A stretch of 24,000 nt of DNA, taken from positions 298,104 through 322,103 of the forward strand of contig JAWLBB010000002.1 of the NCBI GenBank assembly GCA_041395105.1, given 5' to 3'. Positions 15,079 to 22,935 of this stretch are shown in pieces (the stretch's first letter is position 1; the number at the start of each line of letters is the position of its first letter). The translations under genes and the position numbers were made by a program. The notes under the pieces are model-generated. The model worked only from the letters and a program-made list of their open reading frames with translations. It was not told the origin of the DNA and did not search any database. Source of the DNA: Opitutaceae bacterium. GTDB taxonomy: Bacteria > Verrucomicrobiota > Verrucomicrobiia > Opitutales > Opitutaceae.

Positions 15079-17004
15079 CTAGTGCGACTCTGCACGGGAT
15101 TCCCCCGGATTGTCGACTGGGGAATCCATCGACCCCGCCGGAAAACGCCGCCTCCGATCCGCCGTCCGGCCCTTCTCTTTCCAGGCCGCCAGGACCAATC
15201 GTCCCAATCCCAGAACCGATGTTGCCGGGTGGCCGCGCGCTCGATTCTCCGCCGCAATCTCAAAAGCCAGCCGCCATTGGGTGAATAGCGTCCGGTAAGC
15301 CATCCAAAGGGAATTCGCCGGATCATAGATATGGGTCGCTTCAGAAGTGACCCCGTTCAGCTCAAGCACCTTCAGGCGCATTCCCCGGCAGAAATCATCT
15401 TCCGAAGGTGCGCGGAAGTCGAAGCGACCGAAATAGAACTCCGGACTGCAATGCGCAATCCGGTCGACCGCCGCCTCCAACTCAGCTGTCTGGATACGTT
15501 TCCCGTCAAGAAAGAGAGAACCACGACAATGGGCGCCGACTTCGACCAACGGGAAGGCCTCCCCCGGGCCAGGGACCTCGTCCAGCCGGGCAGCGTGTTT
15601 GCGAAGGTGAAAGCGGGCCATGCAGACGGCGCGCTCGTCATCGAGTATCAACTCCTCGACCGTCCGAACCCCGTCGCCGGTCAGCCAGAGTCGCCGCTTC
15701 TCCGTAATGGAAATGATCGACCCCCGCGGTTCACTCGGCCGACGGACATAAAAGACCCCGAATTCCGGCCCTTCGATGTAGGCTTGGGCGATGAGCGCCT
15801 GCGGGGCGGACTCAAGGGCCGAGCGAGCCTCTTCCGGCGATTTCGCGATGACCACGCCCTCACCCCGTTGCCCGACATCGGGTTTCAATACGATCGGAAA
15901 ACCCAGGCGGTTCGCGTTCATGAAGTCCACCAGTTCCTTCATCCGGCACTCGACGTTTTCCGATGCAGGCAACAGGCGCCAACGGGCCACTGATTCCCCC
16001 GCTTCACGCAAACCCGCAAGGATCTCGGATTTGGATTCACCAAGGAAGCCACTCTGTGGCATTCCCGGATTGACCGCGGTGAAAAGTGTCGGATGCCGGA
16101 AACGGATCCCCAGCCAGAGGATGTAGGCCACCACCGGTGGATAGAAAACCCAAGGAGGCCAGAATTCCCACCGGATTGCGCGTTGGTAACGGGACCAGAG
16201 CAGTCGTCTCCCCCGGCGGGTCAGAAGCGGCAGTCCCACCTTGAAGAGTCCGAAGAGACCCAGCGCGATCATCAGGAGCGCGACCAGCGCATATCTCTCG
16301 TAGCCCGTCCAGAACTCCATCATGGCCGATCCGAACAAGGTGGACAACCCGACCAGAATCGGAGTCCACAATCCCGCCGCGATCAGGAAATAGACTGAAA
16401 ACCGGAAAATGGATACGCCAAGCAGTCCCGCCGCCAGGTAGGTCGCGAGCCGGGTGCCCGGCGTGAACCGGCTGATCAGCGCCACGACGGGACCTTTCCG
16501 CTCGATCCAGTGCTCACCGTGCTGAATTGCTTCGGGTCTGACAAAGACCCGGACCCAGGACGATTCCCAGGCCATCCGGCGCAGTCCCCTTCCCGCCAGG
16601 AGCAGGAGGATGTCGCCGACCACGATACCGACGAGACAAGCCAGCGTCGCCGCCCAGAATGGCAGAACCTTTTGCGCCACCAGCAGGCCTGCCGCGATGC
16701 AGGTCAGGTCTTCACTGATAAGGGTGCCGATGGCCAGTGCCGCGCCCGTTGCCCAGAGTTCATGGCCCTCCATCGGACTGGTTCGGCCGCCGGAGAGCCG
16801 CCCACCGGATTCCCCCGAATCGGCCGCCGACCTCGCCACGGCCAGACCCGACTGAACATCGTCCACAAACCGGACAACACCGTCGCGGAGTTTTCCTCCC
16901 GGGCTCAGGCCGACATAAAGAAGGACCGACACACCTGCGAGCAGGGTGAATAGCAGCCAGCGGCGTCGAAGGCCGGGGATCCGTTTTGCGCGCACGGGTT
17001 TCAA
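15079..17004 (-). CDS. Fusion protein: DedA/VTT-family polytopic membrane domain + C-terminal ATP-grasp ligase domain (641 aa)
   Basis: The N-terminal half has DedA hallmarks (GTLISEDLTCIAAGLL; ISRFTPGTRLATYLAAG) plus further TM helices. The C-terminal half is FPIVLKPDVGQRGEGVVIAKSPEEA...AQAYIEGPEFGVFYVR...LKVLELNGVTSEATHIYDP, typical of ATP-grasp carboxylate-amine ligases. Confidence 0.7.
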   Translation of the reverse strand: MKPVRAKRIPGLRRRWLLFTLLAGVSVLLYVGLSPGGKLRDGVVRFVDDVQSGLAVARSAADSGESGGRLSGGRTSPMEGHELWATGAALAIGTLISEDLTCIAAGLLVAQKVLPFWAATLACLVGIVVGDILLLLAGRGLRRMAWESSWVRVFVRPEAIQHGEHWIERKGPVVALISRFTPGTRLATYLAAGLLGVSIFRFSVYFLIAAGLWTPILVGLSTLFGSAMMEFWTGYERYALVALLMIALGLFGLFKVGLPLLTRRGRRLLWSRYQRAIRWEFWPPWVFYPPVVAYILWLGIRFRHPTLFTAVNPGMPQSGFLGESKSEILAGLREAGESVARWRLLPASENVECRMKELVDFMNANRLGFPIVLKPDVGQRGEGVVIAKSPEEARSALESAPQALIAQAYIEGPEFGVFYVRRPSEPRGSIISITEKRRLWLTGDGVRTVEELILDDERAVCMARFHLRKHAARLDEVPGPGEAFPLVEVGAHCRGSLFLDGKRIQTAELEAAVDRIAHCSPEFYFGRFDFRAPSEDDFCRGMRLKVLELNGVTSEATHIYDPANSLWMAYRTLFTQWRLAFEIAAENRARGHPATSVLGLGRLVLAAWKEKGRTADRRRRFPAGSMDSPVDNPGESRAESH

Positions 17005-17016
17005 TCCGGATGAGAC

Positions 17017-17742
17017 TCAGCTCCTCAGGGCGAGCGACGCGTTCACCATGGCCATCGGCTGTTCAATCCAGGGCTGAGGCTCATAACGCATCGACACCCT
17101 CGTCTGTCCCAGATCAATCCGGACCACGCTGTGGGTGCAGGCATCTGGACGGCACATCAGAACGGACTCGGCCGGCCGGTCGCTCGAATGCTCATGGTGA
17201 TACCTTTCCAGTCGATTGATTCCGCCGCCGGAGGACCTGACGGAAGACTCGAACAACCCAATCCGGTAACGCTCAACCGCAGCGGTCTGCCAGGATGAAG
17301 ACGTCACCGGAGGAAACAAGCCCTCGGTTTCCGTCGACCGAAGACGGACTCCGTCCCAGTTCAGAAGCAGGGACCCGACCCGATCGATGCCGAACAGTCG
17401 AAAAGGCGGATAAGGCCTCATGTCCATCCGGCTCATTTCCTTCGCCACGTCGCCGCAGCCCCCGCTGTCGGACAGGTTGTGGACCAGATGACCACGCGAC
17501 GGCCGATCCCCGGGGGCGACCCGGCACCCGGTCGGGTAATGATTGAGCAGCCCCAGAGTCAGACCGAACTCATTGACCGAAATCCAGGTACCGCCCTGTT
17601 CCCCGTCGGTCGGCGCCAGGAAACGCACCCCTCCTCGAATCCTCTCCTCCGGCCCGGTCGCCGGCCGCCTCGTTCTCATTTCGTCTCGGTTGAAGAAGAC
17701 AACGTATCCACTTTCTGAATACTCCCAGCTTACCGTGCACAT
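17017..17742 (-). CDS. NRDE-family protein (TANGO2/DUF833 homolog, 241 aa)
   Basis: N-terminal MCT (putative Ntn-type Cys2) and the eponymous FFNRDE motif at residues about 16-21. Overlaps the upstream DinB gene by 13 nt. Confidence 0.8.
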   Translation of the reverse strand: MCTVSWEYSESGYVVFFNRDEMRTRRPATGPEERIRGGVRFLAPTDGEQGGTWISVNEFGLTLGLLNHYPTGCRVAPGDRPSRGHLVHNLSDSGGCGDVAKEMSRMDMRPYPPFRLFGIDRVGSLLLNWDGVRLRSTETEGLFPPVTSSSWQTAAVERYRIGLFESSVRSSGGGINRLERYHHEHSSDRPAESVLMCRPDACTHSVVRIDLGQTRVSMRYEPQPWIEQPMAMVNASLALRS

Positions 17743-18254
17743 GGACGCAGGCGCTCGCGATGCCGTAGCGTGGAGGGAGCCACCCCGTAATCCCCATCCA
17801 CCTCCACCCCGACCAGACGGCAGATGATTGCGGTCAGGGCCTGATGGTGAACCGTGTGGCCGAGGAGAAAATCCAGTTCCCTCAGCCTGGATGACGGCAT
17901 CCAGCGTGCGTCGTTGCCGAGTCCCGATCCCTCCTGCCGGACGAAGACCGATCCGTCCTCCTCTTCGACCGCGAGCCGGGCCAGGCGGTCACAGATCTCC
18001 CGTGAAAGGGCGATTGCGGCCGCACGATCGGTCTCGATCCGATGGTCACGTCTTCGGGACTCATAATCAATCCGCCCGGCAGCCAGTCCCTCGAGGAACG
18101 CCAGGTAATGGTCGAGATCGTGCCGAAAGTGCCCTCCCAGCGTTCCCCTGAAGGCCAGTTCGACGGGTTCGCAGTAGACAGCATCGTCAATCCGGCCAAG
18201 AAGGTCCACTCCCCGGCCAAGGATAGAGATGATTTCGTCCACTTTGATCTTCAT
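17730..18254 (-). CDS. DinB-family four-helix-bundle metalloprotein (174 aa)
   Basis: His-rich motifs GGHFRHDLDHY and LLGHTVHHQAL match the DinB/YfiT-like metal triad pattern. First gene of the minus-strand operon. Confidence 0.65.
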   Translation of the reverse strand: MKIKVDEIISILGRGVDLLGRIDDAVYCEPVELAFRGTLGGHFRHDLDHYLAFLEGLAAGRIDYESRRRDHRIETDRAAAIALSREICDRLARLAVEEEDGSVFVRQEGSGLGNDARWMPSSRLRELDFLLGHTVHHQALTAIICRLVGVEVDGDYGVAPSTLRHRERLRPCAR

Positions 18255-18392
18255 GCAAGTAATACCGGAATACCTAACACCCGGTTACTATTCCCGGCAA
18301 CCGCAAAGACCGCCCCGGAGACCGCACCTGGACAGGGTCACCAACACTCCGACACTTGCGTCCGATCCATTCTCCCGCGATACCGACTCCCA

Positions 18393-20891
18393 GTGAACGA
18401 ACCCGCCGCCCTGCATCTCAAGCTTCTGCTCCCACCTCATCTCGCCCGGGTGGCCCCGCGCGATGCCATTCCGGTTAAGGTGGAGCTGGTTCGAGGTCCC
18501 GGCCTCGTCATTCGTCCGGAATCGGCCGATGAATCCGTCTTCGCGGGCCTCGGAGATGCCGAACGCAGCGCGCTCTTCGCCATCGCCGGATGGTGCGGCG
18601 GGACCCCGGCCACCTTCATCCAGCTGACCCGCCACCAACTCTTCCAACTCCTGGGGCTTCTCCGTGATCAGCAGACCTTCTTCTGGGTCAACAAACCCCT
18701 CGAGCCCATCCTCTGGCAGGACGGGGCGCTGGCGGCGGTAAGCGATCACCTCCCCCCTCCCGACCGATCGGGTCCGGGCAATGGCCCTCCTGCCTCGCGG
18801 AGCGCGGACGACACTGCGCCCGTGCCTCGCCCGGCCCGACCGGCTCTCCCCTCTTCAGGAGATCCGCCCTCAATCGATGGATCCGAGCATTACCTCTCGG
18901 TTCGTCTGCCCGATCGCGGATTCTTCGGTTACGGAGAACTGCGCGAACTCCTCGAACGCTCCGGCTTCCGCCTCGAAACATCCAACAGGCGCTGGTGGCT
19001 GCGCGACCGCCACAAGACCCTCAACTTTCTCGGGCAATACTGGACCGTTCTCGAAACCCACTACAGCGCCGATTTCACCGAGAATTTCAGAAAAAACACC
19101 TCGCATCTCCGGAGAGCCGAATTGAGCTGTCGGGCGAGTGAAGACGCAGAGGGCTTCCGCCTGCACCTCGAGGTGGATGCCGGCGCCGGTTCGAGCAAAT
19201 CCGTTCAGGCAGCCCTCACCGCCGGACGGCACTACCTCGAAAACGAGGGTTCTGTCTTTCTGGTGGATCCCGAGCGCATCAAGCAGATCCGGGATGTCCA
19301 GCAGGCGCTCAGCGGCGACCGCTCACGTCCCTTCATGCCATCGAGCACCCACCGGGTCAGCCCGGCCCGGCTCGCCCAAGTCGAGGAACTCCTCGAAACC
19401 ATCAATCCCAACTTCTCCCCACCCGAGGCCTGGAAGGCACGAAGCGCCCCGCTTCGTCTGCTCTCCAAGTTGAGCCCGGCACCCGTCCCCCGGCACGCAG
19501 CGAATCTGCTGCGACCCTACCAGGCAATCGGCACCGCCTGGCTGCACCATCTGCACCGGAGCGGGCTGGGCGGCATCCTCGCTGACGACATGGGACTAGG
19601 AAAGACGGTCGAAGCCCTCGCCTTCCTCGCTTCGATCCTCACCCCGCAGAAGCAGAGCGATCTGTCCGCCGGAGCCCTGATCGTCTGTCCCGCTTCCCTC
19701 TTGGAGAACTGGCGCCGGGAAGCCTCCCGCTTCTTTCCCGAGCTCACGGTTTTCGTCCACCACGGATCCCAGCGCCTCGTCACTCCCCGGGACGCCCTCC
19801 GACCCGATCTCATCGTCACCTCCTATGGCACCCTGGTCAGGGACCGCGATCTCTTTTCCGCAGTTTCCTGGACCACGATTGTCGCCGACGAGGCCCAGCA
19901 CGCCAAGAATCGCCGCAGCCTCAATGCCCAGGCCCTCTTTGGCCTCCGGTCGGCCAGCCGGTTCGTTCTGACCGGAACCCCGGTCGAGAACTCCCTGGAC
20001 GACCTCCGCACCCTTCTCGAATTCGTCCTGCCCGGCGCCGCTCCATCACCTCCCCCCCAGAGTCGGGGAGAGGACAAACGCTGGTACGACGCCCAACTCG
20101 CCGGATTCGCCGGACCGTATATCCTCCGCCGAGCCAAGAACGATGTGGCCCCGGAACTCCCGGAGAAGATCGAGCAAACCGTCTACTGCGACCTCGAGCC
20201 CGCCCAACGCGACCTCTACCAGCGGTTCAGTCACGAGGGTCAACGGGAACTCGAGGCCCTCGAATCGTCCGGTGCCTCCGAGGGTGCCGTCCGCACCCAC
20301 GTCTTCAAGCTGCTCCTGCGCCTGCGCCAGATCTGCTGCGACCCCCGACTGATCGAGCGCGGCCGCCCCGCCGCCGAGTCCGCCAAGCTGGCCGCCTTCC
20401 GCGAACTCCTCGACGAGGCCATGGATGCCGGACACCGGATTCTCCTCTTCTCGCAGTTCGTTTCCATCCTCGATCTCCTCCGGGAGGAACTCGACGCGGA
20501 CGCCATCCCCTACGCCTACCTCGACGGCAAGACCCGCAACCGCCAGGCCGAAGTCGATCGCTTCAATGAGGACTCCAGTCTCCCCCTCTTTCTCATCTCC
20601 CTCCGGGCGGGCGGAACCGGGCTCAATCTGACCGGCGCCGACACCGTCGTGCACTTCGACCCATGGTGGAATCCAGCCGTCGAAGCCCAGGCGACGGATC
20701 GCGCCCACCGGATCGGTCAGACCAGGGTGGTCACCAGCTACCGATTGATCGCCGCCGGCACGGTCGAGGAGCGGGTCCTTGAGTTGCAGGAGGGCAAACG
20801 CCGCATGCTCGAGCAGGTCTTTGATGCCAGCGACGCCAGCACGGCTAGGCTCGACTTAAGCGACCTCCGCTCACTCCTCGAGACGGAGTGA
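18393..20891 (+). CDS. SNF2-family helicase (RapA/HepA-like core) with an uncharacterised N-terminal region of about 370 aa
   Basis: Helicase motifs ILADDMGLGKT (I), IVADEAQHAKN (II), VLTGTPVEN (III), SLRAGGTGLNLTGADTVVHFDPWWNP (V) and QATDRAHRIGQ (VI). Start uncertain: the listed 18042 start overlaps the DinB gene. The first in-frame start after it is GTG 18393, and no ATG occurs until far downstream. Confidence 0.8.
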   Translation: MNEPAALHLKLLLPPHLARVAPRDAIPVKVELVRGPGLVIRPESADESVFAGLGDAERSALFAIAGWCGGTPATFIQLTRHQLFQLLGLLRDQQTFFWVNKPLEPILWQDGALAAVSDHLPPPDRSGPGNGPPASRSADDTAPVPRPARPALPSSGDPPSIDGSEHYLSVRLPDRGFFGYGELRELLERSGFRLETSNRRWWLRDRHKTLNFLGQYWTVLETHYSADFTENFRKNTSHLRRAELSCRASEDAEGFRLHLEVDAGAGSSKSVQAALTAGRHYLENEGSVFLVDPERIKQIRDVQQALSGDRSRPFMPSSTHRVSPARLAQVEELLETINPNFSPPEAWKARSAPLRLLSKLSPAPVPRHAANLLRPYQAIGTAWLHHLHRSGLGGILADDMGLGKTVEALAFLASILTPQKQSDLSAGALIVCPASLLENWRREASRFFPELTVFVHHGSQRLVTPRDALRPDLIVTSYGTLVRDRDLFSAVSWTTIVADEAQHAKNRRSLNAQALFGLRSASRFVLTGTPVENSLDDLRTLLEFVLPGAAPSPPPQSRGEDKRWYDAQLAGFAGPYILRRAKNDVAPELPEKIEQTVYCDLEPAQRDLYQRFSHEGQRELEALESSGASEGAVRTHVFKLLLRLRQICCDPRLIERGRPAAESAKLAAFRELLDEAMDAGHRILLFSQFVSILDLLREELDADAIPYAYLDGKTRNRQAEVDRFNEDSSLPLFLISLRAGGTGLNLTGADTVVHFDPWWNPAVEAQATDRAHRIGQTRVVTSYRLIAAGTVEERVLELQEGKRRMLEQVFDASDASTARLDLSDLRSLLETE

Positions 20892-21029
20892 GCGCCACAA
20901 GGCTCCCCGGTCCTCATTCACCGGAGACTGGACTGCTCGATCGTCCGTCGAATCCAGGTGCACTGTCTCTCCTGCAGACTCGGCCATGGCAACAGATCCG
21001 GCTCGCAGGTCTTTTCGCCGAATTTCCCA

Positions 21030-21057
21030 TTGACGACCCGCAGGCAGCCCCTATCTG
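21030..21057 (+). promoter_or_regulatory. Possible sigma70-type promoter for the tRNA
   Basis: TTGACG (21030-21035), a 16-nt spacer, then TATCTG (21052-21057), ending 17 nt before the mature tRNA 5' end. Weak -10. Confidence 0.25.
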
Positions 21058-21074
21058 TTGTCCCCTTTACCTGA

Positions 21075-21150
<76 letters not shown>

Positions 21151-21318
21151 GGTAGTCTCTTAAGATCGGGTCTACACCAAAAGATGGGGACAGTGGGTCT
21201 ATTGGGGTCTGCGCCAGGAAACAGAACTCATTGAGAATCTGGACCGAGATTCCACTCAACATCAGTCAACTGAACCTTTTCAATTGCCCCTGGTCGTCGG
21301 GTCCAGTAGAACCAGACC

Positions 21319-22620
21319 ATGTCAGTCCGGAAGTGCCTCTTCCCGTGGCATTTAGTCATCGTCACGATGAATGGCGAGGTCCGTCCGTGCTGCAACGGCA
21401 GCAAGACCGTCGGGAATCTGGGGGAGCAACCCTTCGAAGAAATCTGGAACGGTCCGGCCATGCAAGAGGTCCGGGAGGCCATCCTGAAAAACGAAGTCCA
21501 CCCGGTATGCGAGTCGACAGAATGCCCATTCCAGCGAGAACATCCTGCGATTCGCGTCAGGAAGGAGCAATTGCACCTCACGGAGTCCTTCGCCCGAGAC
21601 TTTGACGAAGAATGGTATCTGAGCAAGTATCCAGACGTCCGTCTGGCGCTGGATGAGCGTCGCTTTTCGTCAGGACTCGAGCACTACCTCCTCGACGGGA
21701 TCGACGAGCGCAAGCAATACCGGTTGCGCAATCAACTCTCGCTCCTTAATCCCCGGAAACTGTTTCGAAGAATTGTGTCCGGTAGATCATCGGAGAGAGA
21801 CGATGAGGCCTTCGGAACGGAGACTCCCCGGAGGAACGCGATCCTCACTTTACTCGAGTATTCGCGTGGTGCGACAGTCGTTAGGAACAACCCGGTCGAT
21901 GTCGTGCTCGCACTGACCACAAGATGCAACTACCGATGTGTGATGTGTCCGCAGGGCATGGATATGATCACCAATCCACACGACATGCCACTGAAGTGGA
22001 TTGAAGCTCTGGATCGTCAGATTGATGGCGCCACGAAAATGGTGGCGGATGGATTGGGCGAACCCACACTCTCCCCGGGTTTTTGGGCCTTGGCCGAGAG
22101 AATCAAAGGCCGTGATGACCTTTACTGTCGAACCAATTCCAATGGTAGCCAGATAACTCCGGAGACCGCATCAAAGATCGTCGAGTCCGGTCTGGCCGAG
22201 ATTAGTGTCTCGGTCGATGCGGCTACACCTGAAACCTACCGCAAGATTCGTGGCGACGACCTCAGCAGGGCAATCAACGGGGTGGAAAACCTCGTTCGGG
22301 CCCGGCGGGCGAGCCCGAATAGCCACCTTCGGATCTACGCGAATATGACACTGATGATGGCCAACATCGACGAGTTGGTGGATTTCGTGAAGCTGTGCGG
22401 GAAAATGGGGGTAGATGCGGCTGATATCTCACAGCTCTTCAGCTTCGGCGACAAACCAGAATGGAAACTGGAACGGGATGGATTCGAATTTATCTATTCC
22501 GATCAGATGATTCAAAACGATCCGATCAAGGCAAAGACCTGCATTCAGGCGGCCGATAAGGCCGCCAGGCAGATCGGCATCAGAGTCCGATTCACAAACA
22601 AGACCGATCAGTATCTGTAG
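21319..22620 (+). CDS. Radical SAM protein with an N-terminal SPASM/twitch-like Cys module (433 aa), in a lower-GC islet
   Basis: CxxxCxxC in LTTRCNYRCVMCPQG, with the GEPTL and SVDA motifs of the radical SAM core. Residues 1-75 (KCLFPWHLVIVTMNGEVRPCCNGSKTVGNLGEQPFEEIWNG...VCESTECPF) look like the normally C-terminal SPASM motif. An in-frame TAG lies 4 codons upstream of the ATG. Spot GC of two lines is about 45-50%. Confidence 0.7.
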   Translation: MSVRKCLFPWHLVIVTMNGEVRPCCNGSKTVGNLGEQPFEEIWNGPAMQEVREAILKNEVHPVCESTECPFQREHPAIRVRKEQLHLTESFARDFDEEWYLSKYPDVRLALDERRFSSGLEHYLLDGIDERKQYRLRNQLSLLNPRKLFRRIVSGRSSERDDEAFGTETPRRNAILTLLEYSRGATVVRNNPVDVVLALTTRCNYRCVMCPQGMDMITNPHDMPLKWIEALDRQIDGATKMVADGLGEPTLSPGFWALAERIKGRDDLYCRTNSNGSQITPETASKIVESGLAEISVSVDAATPETYRKIRGDDLSRAINGVENLVRARRASPNSHLRIYANMTLMMANIDELVDFVKLCGKMGVDAADISQLFSFGDKPEWKLERDGFEFIYSDQMIQNDPIKAKTCIQAADKAARQIGIRVRFTNKTDQYL

Positions 22621-22935
22621 ATCCACCGGATAAACCCTCCCCACTACACGAACGGAACGATCCAGGTCCGTGATGCCGACGTCCCCTCGTCGATAGCCTT
22701 TCTGCTGAATGCATTCCCATCGCACTCCACCCACCCGAACTCCCTTATGGGGAACCTGACCCTCCACCTGCGGCGAAGTCCCGTCGCCCTCGTTCAACGC
22801 AGTACTTGCCATTCAAAATCCGGTCTGGGACTGTAGCCGCCACGATGCGTCTTTCCCGAGGTCCGGACGCGGGCCTCCCTACCCTACCCATTGGAAGAGC
22901 GATGATTCATCCGAGTCCCTGATTCTGCTGCTGCC

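Noticed and set aside
15063-15326. 88-codon N-terminal extension of the OlsB-like ORF (start 15326)
   Set aside because: It overlaps the 3' end of the DedA::ATP-grasp gene and translates to Arg/Trp-rich junk. MAFML at 15062 leaves a clean 16-nt gap.
18258-18291. Imperfect palindrome agtaataccgg ... ccggttactat upstream of the DinB operon, considered as an operator
   Set aside because: The arms match only as AGTAA..CCGG with a 2-nt indel, which is too weak without comparative data.
18042-18392. Listed start of the SNF2 ORF at 18042
   Set aside because: It overlaps the DinB gene on the opposite strand for more than 200 nt. The leader has no helicase-related features.
22621-22821. 67 stop-free codons continuing in frame after the radical SAM TAG stop (possible readthrough or pseudogenised C-terminus)
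   Set aside because: The translation has no SPASM-like Cys pattern (a single Cys). An open stretch of this length is not improbable by chance.
22816-22830. aatccggtctggga as attR copy of the tRNA-Phe 3' end
   Set aside because: Only about 11 of 15 positions match, with an indel. No integrase is present. It is kept only as a weak note inside the islet finding.
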